A stretch of 63,750 bases of DNA, the filler included, from Octopus bimaculoides (taxonomy: Eukaryota): assembly GCF_001194135.2 (NCBI RefSeq). It is 4 parts of 4 records of this genome, joined end to end, with 100 filler letters (N's around TTAATTAATTAA, not from the genome) between each part and the next. Parts side by side here need not be neighbours in the genome. Positions count along the whole stretch, not along the records: positions 22,659 to 38,195 come from NC_068992.1; 3 more parts are not named here. One strand, 5' to 3'. The notes below the pieces were generated by a model. That model worked only from the letters and a program-made list of their open reading frames with translations. It was not told where the DNA came from and made no database searches. The translations under genes were made by a program, and so were the position numbers. Shown here one piece after another: positions 24,854 through 36,105 of this stretch; positions within the stretch are counted from its first letter, which is position 1; every line of letters begins with the position of its first letter.

Positions 24854-25555
24854 TCAGTATAATTTCACATTCTTTCTCGATTTGCGTGTCCAAAATATAT
24901 AGTGTAAGAACTCTCCAACGAAATAGAATCCTGCAAGACAACCCCACATGCATGCCAGGAACAGTATTCTGTACCATATCGGTAGATAGTCGAGAAATGG
25001 ATAAATCCACGTCCTCGTACGATGCGCAATCCACACCATCCACACTTGATAGCAACCTGTTAAAGCTAGAATTCCTAAAACTCCATTCTTCGGGTACGTT
25101 TGGTAATAGAAGAATTTATCCAACCACTGAAGCACTATGGGCACCGAATGAAGAATATGGTTGAGCCACCACGGAATAATGTCATCGAGATAGGATGGAT
25201 ATATCAATTCGCGATGAAAAAAATATATAATCCAGAACGATAAACAGACGAAGTTACCGAGAGGAAATGCCATACCGCAAGATATATATCTTACCAGTCG
25301 TATTAGTTTTGTTTTGCTATAAAATTCGTTCGAAAATGCATTGTTCTTGTCAAAATCCTTGCTATTGTAGATGTCTGATACCAGTGCCAGTCCAAAATAT
25401 ACGGTCTGTAAGACGATATCCCAGTACGTAGCATAACGTAATTTACCGGCATAGACTGACCAGCCATAAGTAACAACGAAGGTGTCGTAATACAAGCCGA
25501 ATCCCGTAATAAGGAAACAAAGCAAATGAAATAACGTTACCAGAACTTTGGCCAT
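24854..25555 (-). CDS. AIG1-like: FAR-17a/AIG1/ADTRP-family multi-pass membrane protein (putative Thr-His lipid/FAHFA hydrolase), single coding exon, 233 aa
   Basis: Family motifs GKLRYAT43YWDIVLQ, AFPLG, FWIIY, RELIYP, IPWWLNH133ILH136 and WIYPFL; several TM segments; start context aaaaATGG; uninterrupted ORF. Confidence 0.92.
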   Translation of the reverse strand: MAKVLVTLFHLLCFLITGFGLYYDTFVVTYGWSVYAGKLRYATYWDIVLQTVYFGLALVSDIYNSKDFDKNNAFSNEFYSKTKLIRLVRYISCGMAFPLGNFVCLSFWIIYFFHRELIYPSYLDDIIPWWLNHILHSVPIVLQWLDKFFYYQTYPKNGVLGILALTGCYQVWMVWIAHRTRTWIYPFLDYLPIWYRILFLACMWGCLAGFYFVGEFLHYIFWTRKSRKNVKLY

Positions 25556-26689
25556 TTTTACTTCAAAATTTCTTCCTTTCTGTTGTTATTAAAATTTTTT
25601 TTTTTTCCGTAAAAATTTGCTTTCCAGTTGTTTGAAATTCACAATTGTTTCCTTTCTGCTTTGCATTAAATAATTTTGAGTCAAAAATTAAAAATAAATA
25701 AATAAATAAATGAATAAAACAGCGTTCATCCAAATTAGAAACAAAGGAAAAGAAACAGAAGTAATTCGACCTTTCTTTTTCTTCTCTTTCCTTTTATTCT
25801 TTACCACCAATTTGACAAGGTTGAATCGAGCAGTTATATAAACTTCAAAGAGAGACCTGTAGTACGGCGTATTATAGTTAGGTTTCCTTTCGCCATTCAG
25901 TAAAATAAAAGTGCTGTTAAGCTCAAGAACTATTTAACACTCTTATTATAACACAACGAACATGTTAACATCACATGTCTTATCTAATAAATCTTGCTCA
26001 AAGTCTGATATCACGTTAACGTCACACTTATCGACATGCATGGTTCATCAATGGATACCGATTGTTATCACACCCTTAGTGGGCCTAAAACTAGTTACTC
26101 GGTTGAAGTAAACAAACAATAATGATTAGTCTGTTTATGTGCGAATGTGTATACATACATACATACGTACATACATACATACATACATACATACATACAT
26201 ACGTACATACGTACATACATATATGCATGCATGCATGTATAAATACATACGCACGCAGAGACGTACATATGTTTGTATGCATACATGTATATATGCACAC
26301 ACACACACTCACGCACGCACGCACACACACGCACACACACACGCACGCACGCACGCACACACACACACACAGACACACATTTATATAAGTAAACACATCA
26401 TAATCATTTCATATTTCGTTATCAGTATTATAGTTTGCGTTTTTTCTACTTCACAGATAGCAAGTCATTGAAAGGGGACCTCTCTATGAGGTCGCTAGGA
26501 TCTGCAAGAAACAGCAACCAAATCTTCATCAAAATCACACCCATTCTTCATTAACCATTTATCGAGCGAGCCACACTGCTTCTCCAATTGGAGGAATTCT
26601 TCCCTCGATTCCACCCATCTCCAGCAATTTGGCACTGGCCTTTGTTTCGAGGATTTTCACTCCCTCAACACCACCACCACCACCACCAC

Positions 26690-26925
26690 CATCTAGGCCT
26701 ACGAGCTGGGCCGTCTCAGCAGCTTTATGGGCCCTGGCATTGGGTCCTTTGACTTCACCCCTACCATCTAGGTCTACGAGCAGGGCTGTATTAGCAGCTT
26801 TATGGGTCTCCGGACAAATCAGTGCATTAGGTCCTTTTATTCACCCACGACCATCAGGGTCGACGGACAAGGCCATCCTATCAGCTTTATGGGCCCCTAG
26901 ACAGATCATTGCATTGGGTCCAATG
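26690..26925. repeat. Three tandem 75-87-bp units resembling a hAT-MITE terminus
   Basis: Each unit contains gggccgtctcagcagctttatgggccc-like sequence, similar to the reverse complement of the MITE end at 27310-27339. Confidence 0.6.
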
Positions 26926-27025
26926 GTACTTTTTATTTTGCATCAAGCTACAATAAATATATAGATAAGAATTGGGCTCCTTGCACCTATTCTTTAAGAC
27001 AGCCCTACCTACAGACTGTCGGGAG

Positions 27026-27339
27026 CAGAACCGTCTTAAGGCATGGGCACACTGGGCAGTTGCCCGGGGGCCTCAAGCATCTGGGACCCAATTTTGATTT
27101 ATGCATGCTGTAGTTTGCTGTAAATAAATAAATACTATAGGGCCCAGTGAATTTATTTGTCCGGAGCATCACCGGTCGTGGGGTCCAGTTTTGATTTATG
27201 TATGTTGTGGTTTGCAGTCAGCAAAAGAAATACTATAGTATTTAACAAAAGAAATACTAGAGTAAAAGAAATATTATAGGATCAGCCCAAGTGCACAGAT
27301 CTGTTCAGGGAGTAATATAATGCTACTAAGACGGTTCCA
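27026..27339. mobile_element. hAT-type MITE
   Basis: TIRs cagaaccgtctta and taagacggttcca; imperfect 8-bp flanking duplication gtcgggag/gccgagag (6 of 8 match). Confidence 0.6.
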
Positions 27340-27484
27340 GCCGAGAGTGTTTTATTAGGCACCAAGGCGGAATTGAAATAAGAACTGCAAAGCACCCGGC
27401 CCGACATTCTTACAGTTCCACCAGATTTCCGCCAAGGAGGATACATTAACATACTGATATATATATATATCTATATATATATAT

Positions 27485-27796
27485 CGGTTACGACGACGAG
27501 GGCTCCACTTGATCCGATCAACGGAACAGCCGGCTCGTGAAATTACATGCAAGTGACTGAGCACTCCACAGACACGTGTACCCTTAATGTAGTTCTCAAG
27601 AAGATTCATCGTGACACAGAATGTAACAAGGCTGGCCCTTTCAAATACAGGTACAACTCATTTTTGCCCACCTGAGTGAACTGGCGCGAAGTGAAATAAG
27701 GTGTCTTGCTCAAGGACAACAACGTGCCGGCGGGAATCGAACTCACGACCTTACGATCGTCAGCCAAATAGCCCAACCACTAAATCAGGCGCCTTC
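27485..27796 (-). mobile_element. tRNA-derived SINE with CORE-like centre and gatcggatcaa-type tail
   Basis: Head gaaggcgcctgatttagtggttggg...gttcgattcc; centre ttgtccttgagcaagacacc; 3' half shared with 31135-31508. Confidence 0.8.
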
Positions 27797-27797
27797 A

Positions 27798-27832
<35 letters not shown>

Positions 27833-27852
27833 TGTGTGTGTGCATGTGTACG

Positions 27853-28240
27853 CTTGATAATCAGTGTTAGTTTGTTTACGTCCTCGTAACCTCGTAACTC
27901 AGTGGTTCGACAAAAGAGACGATACAATAAGTATCAGACTTGAAAATATTAACTACTGAGATCTGTCTGTGCGACTAAAAATCACTTTTGGTCCAATGCA
28001 TTAAGTATTTTAGTCAACACCTAACTGTATAAGTTTGTGTGGGAGACATTCTTTTATCTCTTACTTGTTTCAGCCACTGGACTGCGGCAATGCTACGCTT
28101 TGAAAAGTTTGGTTGAAGAAATTAACTCCAGTACTTAACTTTTTAAGCCTAGCACTCTTTTTTGCCTAACCGCTGTATTACGGGGACATAAACAAACCAG
28201 CACTGGTTGTCAAGCAGTAGCGAGGGATAAGGGAGACAAA
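27853..28240. mobile_element. Two inverted fragments of one SINE tail (27853-27980 plus; 28052-28240 minus)
   Basis: cttgataatcagtgttagtttgtttacgtcc pairs with ggacataaacaaaccagcactggttgtcaag. Confidence 0.7.
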
Positions 28241-28741
28241 CACAAACACAAAGATGCAAATGCATATATATAGTACTCTAGAGTAAAGATTGTTTGCCAA
28301 CATAACAATCTTTACTCTGTATGTTTTCTAATTAAAACTTTTCTCTTTCATATTGATTATAAATTCCATTAATCAAATAGTACAAAATTATGTGATCTTA
28401 TTTAACGTTATAATAAATATTTTCAGTTTTGACTAATTTCATTTTCTTGCCTGTATTATAAACACTTTCTGCTGAAAAATAAACAGGCTTCATGACTATA
28501 TTTACGATCCCGTCAGCATATCTCGTTCTGCAATACTTCCTCTTCGTTTCACAATACTAATTTTTATTGCCATAAACACCTACGTTCCTTCTAGATGCTA
28601 TGTTTACTTGTTTAAATTCCTATTTGTTTGTGGTATAAATGCCTATTTTAGTGCCATAAATTCCTATATTTAGTGCCTTAATTGCCTGCCATACATGCCT
28701 CTTTTAAAGTGTCTTAATGTCCTATCCTTAGTTATATGTTT

Positions 28742-28988
28742 CCGGCATGTATTCCACGTCCCCGGCATGTATTCCACGTCCCCGGCATGTATTCCACGTC
28801 TCCGGCATGTATTCCACGTCTCCGGCATGTATTCCACGTCCCCNNNNNNNNNNNNNNNNNNNNNNNNNNNNNNNNNNNNNNNNNNNNNNNNNNNNNNNNN
28901 GGCATGTATTCCACGTCCCCGGCATGTATTCCACGTCTCCGGCATGTATTCCACGTCCCCAGCATGTATTCCACGTCCCCGGCATGTA
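28742..28988. repeat. 20-bp minisatellite ccggcatgtattccacgtc(c/t)
   Basis: Near-perfect contiguous units on both sides of an internal N gap. Confidence 0.95.
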
Positions 28989-29690
28989 TAATTTAATTTA
29001 ATATCAGTTGCATTGAAATTTTCTGAGTTCACCCCTTTGTCTCTATCTGATAATAATTTCATTAGCTACAACTGTACCTTCACTACAGCTATAATCTCAA
29101 TGGGCCAACATTTTTTTTCCATTCACCTCGTCAGATATGTTAAACTATTCATTATATTAACTATATTAGATATAATCCCGGTCAATTGATAAGATAAGAT
29201 AAAATATATATATCACACCATTGAAGTATTTGTATTAATGATATCTGTTTATGTGTGTGTGTGTGTGTGTGTGTGTATGAGTGTAGGCATGTGTATGAGT
29301 GCAGATGTGTGTATAGGTGTGGGTATGTGAATGAAGGTGAGTGTGTGTATAAGTGTGGGTGTATATGAATGTATGTATTTCTTATGTGTTTGTATATGCG
29401 TGTATATATAACTTCATGTATTTATACACGTACGAATATCTGCTGCCTTGTATGCCTGCACATATGCGCGCGCGCGTGTGTATCTAATATAATAAATTTC
29501 TATTAGTTTCTAATAAACTAATTAGCATCTAATAAACTAATTTCTGTGTGACAGTGCGTCACACTTCGAACCCCTCTCTCACTATTCATTGACACTCCTT
29601 CTATTGCTCATACTGGGGTGAGAGTAATAGTAGGCATAGAGACGGTGAAGGCAGTGGGGAGAGAGAGAGAGTGAGAGAGCGAGAGAGAGA

Positions 29691-29730
<40 letters not shown>

Positions 29731-31134
29731 AAGAAAAAGAGAGGGAGAGAAAGAGAGACAAAGAAATTTAGGAAGAGTTGATGTTTTTATTAAAAGTAGT
29801 AGTGTTGATGGTGGCAGTGGGAGTAATAATAAAAGAGAGAAAGAGGGACTGAATACTGAACTAGCATACTGAACGAAGGTAATAGGGTGATAGTAATAGT
29901 ATGAGCTGTAGTTGTGATAGAAGCGGAGGCGGCGGTGATGATGGTGGTGGTGGATGTAGCCGAGGCGGTCAGGGATGACGGTGTGAGTAAGGGATGTGAA
30001 AGACAGTGGTGATGGTGATGGAGAGGAAGGCGACGAAGTCAAAGGTATTGATGGTGGTGGCGTCAGAAGTCTGAATGATCTGTGTGAATGGTAGATGTGG
30101 TAGCGATGGTGGTGGTATTGTTGTTTATCATGCAGCTTTGCAATAAGTTCCAAGTCGAGAAATTATATCATTGTTTTGATGAAAATTGTTCGTTGCTTGA
30201 AAAATATTGTTCAAGTTTAATAAAATTTAATATTTACTCAATGAATGAAGTGTCATTGTTGAGCCCAAGGCCTTATGAAGAGCCCTCCACAGGAGCAAGC
30301 TTAAAAGCCACCCGGTCGGGCGGCTTGTCTTGCTATAACATGATTTATTATGAACTCCCTGAAGAGAAATAAATGAGGAACTCCAACAGCTCTTTCTTCT
30401 TTGTGAAAGTGAATAATTTATTTCGAAACATATATGTAGGAATTAAAGGAACTTTCATCGACATGCGTTTTGCTCCATTTATTATTATCCATATATATAT
30501 ATACATATNNNNNNNNNNNNNNNNNNNNNNNNNNNNNNNNNNNNNNNNNNNNNNNNNNNNNNNNNNNNNNNNATATATAAAATATATGTGTGTATATGTG
30601 TGTTTACGTGCGTGCGTGTGCATATGTCTTTGTATGTATGTATGTATACATGTATGTATATTACTCGTGACTGTAAATCCGACAATATATATTTTGTCAG
30701 ACCTACGGTTAAGGAATATATATATATATATATATCTTGATTCTAACACTTATGTGTAAAGCCTGACTGTCAGGCTGTGAGAGAAATGTAGGAATGTTAA
30801 TATATTTTTCCTATGCTTTTGCTTTGTAGAAAAATAAATGAGTAAATAAATAAATAAATAAACGGGTTTCAGGCTTTGCTGTCCATCTCTCAAATAAGAC
30901 ATACCCAGTTTTCTCCCCGATTCAACGGCAGTATATTCATACAAAGATACATGTAAATACATGTAGATGAATACAGGCATGTTTATACGCATGCAGTATG
31001 TGAAGATGCGTGCATAATGCAGCTAAAAGGATAAAAGGATAAAAGGAAAAATTGGTCTGTGCAGTATTTGAACTCGTGTTCTTATGTAATAAGGACAATT
31101 GCTCGGAATGTGCTTATATGATAACAATTGTTGG

Positions 31135-31508
31135 CCCTCCGTCGCTTACGACGACGAGGGTTCCAGTTGATCCGATCAACCGAACAGCCTGCTCGTGAAA
31201 TTAACGTGCAAGTGGCTGAGCACTTCACAGACACGTGTACCCTTAACGTAGTTCTCGGGGATATTCAGCGTGACACAGTGTGACAAGGCTGTCCCTTTGA
31301 ATTACAGGCACAACAGAAACAGGAAGTAAGAGTGAGAGAAAGTTGTGGTGGAAGAGTATAGCAGGGTTCGCCTCCATCCCCTGCCGGAGCCTCGTGGAGC
31401 TTTAGGTGTTTTCGCTCAATAAACACTCACAACGCCCGGTCTGGGAATCGAAACCGCGATCCTATGACCGCGAGTCCGCTGCCCTAACCACTGGGCCATT
31501 GCGCCTTC
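31135..31508 (-). mobile_element. tRNA-derived SINE
   Basis: Head gaaggcgcaatggcccagtggttaggg...ggtttcgattccc; tail ...gatcggatcaactggaaccctcgtcgtcgtaagcgac shared with 27485. Confidence 0.85.
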
Positions 31509-32369
31509 ACTATGATAACAATAGTGACTGGCTAAAAAACAAAAAAATGAGATCAAGAAGTCACAGTTTGACAAAAAAATGGCAGTCACATTGCTGACAC
31601 AGCTTTCATGGCTCATTGTCACATGTCATGAGCTGATATTAACGAATTGTTATCTTGATAAGTGAATTTTCAAAATCGTTTAAACAAGTTAATGTTGTAA
31701 AGTACAATTACCCTTGTTACATAAACTCGTTACATAAACTCGTTACGGAATTCCACCCTAACGGAGGTTGCAAAGTATGGTCGCTAATTTTGGGTGACGA
31801 CTTGTAATTCCGCCATTAAGGAAACTTGGTCAAACTTTAACGATTTTAAATGCCATATTTTCCAGCATACCAGTCGACGTAGTATATAATATGAACATGT
31901 AGCGTAAGCTTTCACATCTTCCTAAATCCTGCTGCATTTCACATGGAAGTTTTGTTCTCCAAATTTGTCTTGGTGTATAAGTTAATCTACCTTCTTTGGC
32001 TATAGATTTTGGTCTGAAAAATTCGATTTGTATGCCTGAAATTTTTTTTCGAACATAGTCAGTATTCATCCATTCTTTCATCTATCTCACAACCTTGTTC
32101 AACCGGGCTGGACCATTCCATAAACTTTATTAAAAAGATACTTCCCACGTTTCACTCTTCTATTTCTCCGCTATATTTTTATGTTCAAATCAAGAAGACA
32201 AGAGAACTACTTTTTGCTGATGCACAACGTTGAAACTTTACTTGAATTCTACTTGTTTTACCATTCGGTGGCGATTTCTTGTCTATTACTGTTACTGTTA
32301 AATTTAAATCCTTACGTATTAAGTATAGTGTATTAGCCTTACCCAAGATGACTGGAAAGAGACCAAGTG

Positions 32370-32900
32370 GAAGTGTCGCCAGTCGTGTGATCATGATTCG
32401 CAAGAGGATTATGTTGGTGGACATTAATCGTAATGTTTTATAAAGGTTTGATGCGGTAGAAAACCCAGCCATAATACAAAAAATATTAATGTCTATAATG
32501 GAAATAATACGTGGCGATGAAGATAAAATTAGGTGGAGAACTAAAACAACCATTTCGTTAAATGTCCAGATGTCGTTCCGGCACAGATCTGAAATCAAAC
32601 CTAGTATGGAGAGGCTTTTGACTGCGGGTATTAACGATCAGATTGGATCTGATACTCAGATAAACACAACGGACAGTCAAATGAAATATAAAAAACTTAT
32701 ATGACGATCTGCAAGAAAGTGGTCGGTGAACCTTTTGGTATCAAACACTTTCTTGCGAGTAAATACTGGCTTGAAAGGTTTAAGAGTTGCCTTAATTTGC
32801 ATAAAATTGAAATAATCAGTGAAGTGCTCAATGCACTCGTGCTGATACTAATTATTCTGAACCGAAGAAAAATTACTCCGTGTTTCAAAATTTTGCAAAA
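32370..32900 (+). mobile_element. pogo/Tigger transposase fragment (CENP-B HTH region)
   Basis: SMERLLTA-INDQ and FLASKYWLERFKSCLNLHKIEI resemble the Tigger motifs MEKLL..WI.DQ and FKASKGWFERFK.R..L. Confidence 0.65.
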
Positions 32901-33099
32901 GGTTTGTTTATCCTAATTTTTTAAGTGTTTATTATGCAAGTTTTCACGCCCATCCCGAAAATGATCTTACATTTTCTCTACCATCGACCCTTTTTTGAGA
33001 TATATGAAATTACTCTAATTATTAACAAATGTAATGTTTAGGTGAAGGACCCTCTGCTCATTTGTTGGAACAAAGCAAGGGTCACTTAAATCGTGAAAG

Positions 33100-33431
33100 G
33101 TGCTAAATACTGGATTGCTTATAGACGCTACTTTGGAATGAATTTGGGTGACCAAGATAAGCCTTCTCTCTACCCCCTGTGATATATGGAAGCTATCGAT
33201 CAAGTTTATAAGGATGGTTAAGAGGTGCAAGAAGAGCCATGCCATTTATTATTCCAAGAGTATGACAAGAGCCAAAAAACCATCATGATGATTGCTATTC
33301 TTGGATGATTGACGTAACAAAGTACCAAAAAGTTAAAAGGAAGACAAGCACTTCAGTATCCCAGCATACCATCCTCTATTGCACCTGTACCACATGATGA
33401 CAAGCTACTGGTACCACAACCACCAGAAAAT
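33100..33431 (+). mobile_element. Chapaev3-like (CMC superfamily) transposase N-terminal fragment
   Basis: Broken peptides AYRRYFGMNLGDQDKP, GWLRGARRAMPFIIPRV*QEPKNHHDDCY and YPSIPSSIAPVPHDDKLLVPQPP. Family assignment is from memory of Chapaev3 proteins. Confidence 0.6.
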
Positions 33432-33604
33432 GTAAGAAAATCCCATCACAATGTTTAAATCGAATTTAAATTTCATATGCAAGATAAAACAATCAAAATT
33501 CAAAGGTTAAAAAACATTTAATTAAGTTTTCTTTTAATGTTATGGTTACTTAATAAAACTTATTCTATGCTTCAAGTTATATGTAAACAAGTTACACTCA
33601 ATAG

Positions 33605-33795
33605 TAAGAGTGAAGGTGCCTTCATACGTCTACGCAGAGAATGTGAAGGCAATAGTAATCAAAGAAGAAAACTACAGAAAATTGGAAGAGATGTGTGGAG
33701 ATAACGTTGAGCCGCCAGGAGTGGAGGTGGAATTTAAAGAGTTGCCACCACTGGTGGATTTAAGAGATATCGAACCACTAACGAAGTTCTACTAA
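33605..33795 (+). CDS. Orphan coding-like segment, possible terminal exon (VKVPSYVYAENVKAIVIKEENYRKLEEMCG...LTKFY*)
   Basis: Purine-rich open frame in AT-rich flanks; possible acceptor caatag at 33599-33604. No homology recognised. Confidence 0.3.
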
Positions 33796-34009
33796 AGGCA
33801 AGTATGAAATTAAGGGTAAAAAAGAACAACTGTAAATAGTACATATAACGGTTCAAATGGTACTACATGGGAATGGGGCCCATGCGTCCATTTTCATTTT
33901 TATATAACTTCTATTTCATTTACATTCGTTTTATGTTTTTGTCCCCACTGTGGTCTTGTCTGTCCTTGTGGTGTCCCCATCTATGTTTAGGGCTTTATAC
34001 CTAATAAAG

Positions 34010-34182
34010 AAATCGGTATTTCGTATGTCTTTGCGTTCTGAGTTCAAATTCCGCCGAGGTCGACTTTGCCTCTCATCCTTTCGGGGGTCGATAAATTGAG
34101 TACCAGTTGCGTACTGGGGTAGATCTAATCGACTAGCCCCCTCCCCCGAAATTTCGGGCCTTGTTCCTAGAGTAGGAAAGAT
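34010..34182 (+). mobile_element. 5'-truncated aaggcggcgagctgg SINE, CpG-intact
   Basis: ggtatttcgtatgtctttgcgttctgagttcaaattccgccgaggtcgactttgcc...gggccttgttcctagagtaggaaag. Confidence 0.85.
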
Positions 34183-34575
34183 AATATATATATTATATAA
34201 TTTGGGAGCTTTCATTAAATTTCGTAATTAGTAAAAAAGAAAATAAATAAAATCATTTCTAAACGTTACTGTTGTTCCATGTTTAAATGTTTTTATTAAG
34301 AAATTTAGATATGCTCTAATGAATCGGACTGTTAATTTTTATACATTTGAAATATATTCAGTTATAAAGACTGCAATTTATGAAACGTTACCCCATATTT
34401 ACTGTAGTGAAATACACAAAGTGAAATCATAATAAATGAAATGATTAAATACCCTTCCTCTTCCATGGTATTTGAAATTATATATTAACTTTACGAACAT
34501 AATTCTCAAAAACCCTGCTTCTATAACGACAGCATTCCAAACATAGTACGTGTATTTTATATATGTGTGTGTGTG

Positions 34576-34627
<52 letters not shown>

Positions 34628-35339
34628 NNNNNNNNNNNNNNNNNNNNNNNNNNNNNNNNNNNNNNNNNNNNNNNNNNNNNNNNNNNNNNNNNNNNNNNNN
34701 NNNNNNNNNNNNNNNNNNNNNNNNNNNNNNNNNNNNNNNNNNNNNNNNNNNNNNNNNNNNNNNNNNNNNNNNNNNNNNNNNNNNNNNNNNNNNNNNNNNN
34801 NNNNNNNNNNNNNNNNNNNNNNNNNNNNNNNNNNNNNNNNNNNNNNNNNNNNNNNNNNNNNNNNNNNNNNNNNNNNNNNNNNNNNNNNNNNNNNNNNNNN
34901 NNNNNNNNNNNNNNNNNNNNNNNNNNNNNNNNNNNNNNNNNNNNNNNNNNNNNNNNNNNNNNNNNNNNNNNNNNNNNNNNNNNNNNNNNNNNNNNNNNNN
35001 NNNNNNNNNNNNNNNNNNNNNNNNNNNNNNNNNNNNNNNNNNNNNNNNNNNNNNNNNNNNNNNNNNNNNNNNNNNNNNNNNNNNNNNNNNNNNNNNNNNN
35101 NNNNNNNNNNNNNNNNNNNNNNNNNNNNNNNNNNNNNNNNNNNNNNNNNNNNNNNNNNNNNNNNNNNNNNNNNNNNNNNNNNTAACTAACGAATATATCT
35201 AGGATATTTTCATTGTTTCTTTCATAACACTCGTAACACTGGCTTTAGTGACCAAATAAAAATTAATTTCAGATACATTTTATCTTTCAATTACAGAAAA
35301 GTGAAAATTATAACGGTTGTTTGGATTACAAGAGTATTA

Positions 35340-35566
35340 TTGGGTTGGTGCATAATTGAGGCTTTTGTTTTTTTTCAACAAAAATAATATTTAACAAAAA
35401 ACATCTTTAAATGATGGTCTGACCGTCGGCCAAGTAAATGGGAAGCAGTTATTGAAGTAGATGGTGAATATGCTCCGGAATAATCATTTAAAGATGTTTT
35501 TGTTACATGTTATTGTTGAATAAAATTTGTTGAAAAAGCTGCCGCAATAATTATGCACCAACCCAA
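35340..35566 (+). mobile_element. Mariner-derived MITE (227 bp)
   Basis: Perfect 18-bp TIRs ttgggttggtgcataatt and aattatgcaccaacccaa, with TA on both sides. Internal remnant KWEAVIEVDGEY resembles a mariner transposase C-terminus. Confidence 0.85.
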
Positions 35567-36004
35567 TAACAATGGAAACAAATTGATTCATACTAGTTAC
35601 TGAATTCAATGTGAGAGGGATTTGTATTTGACTATCCCCAGTCTGACGCAATGTTGTTGAAACCTTTGAGCCTCCAAAGCATGCTTTAGCGAGTGCCATA
35701 TTATTTGACTATACCCCTAGACACCGCAAGACTGGGCTGCTTGCGTGGTTTTGTGTTCACGGCACGCTAATCAGCAGAAACGTTATATTCAGTCAGAAAC
35801 ACGAAAATCATGCGTTTGCCCGTTTTTTGTTTTAACTCTTCTAGTGGGTATACGAGTATATAGTCAAACGAAATCGTGTCTACAAAAACGTACTTTTTGG
35901 TCCAGAAGGTTGATGGATATTGAATTAGGAATAACAAAATATTTTGCATTTGTGGAAGCAAGAAAAATCTGGAATTCGGTGATGTTCATGCTCTGATTTT
36001 AAGG

Positions 36005-36105
36005 ACTTTTGCTTAAGAACACAACGCACAGCCTGGTCCAGGAAATTCGAACCACGATCTTACGATCACCAGTATAACACCTAACTACTCGGCCAGGCCC
36101 CTTCA
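36005..36105 (-). mobile_element. tRNA-derived SINE head, truncated
   Basis: gaaggggcctggccgagtagttagg...ggttcgaatttcc followed by CORE-like gttgtgttcttaagcaa. Confidence 0.6.

Noticed and set aside
26629-26964. 111-aa ORF with three internal peptide repeats
   Set aside because: Explained by tandem MITE-terminus repeats; no ATG start or splice support.
28742-28988. CRISPR-like regular repeat
   Set aside because: Units are contiguous with no unique spacers, and there are no cas genes; the context is eukaryotic.
31430-31508. tRNA gene (also 27720-27796, 36020-36105, 7838-7910)
   Set aside because: The tRNA-like heads continue into SINE bodies and lack a complete cloverleaf and terminator.
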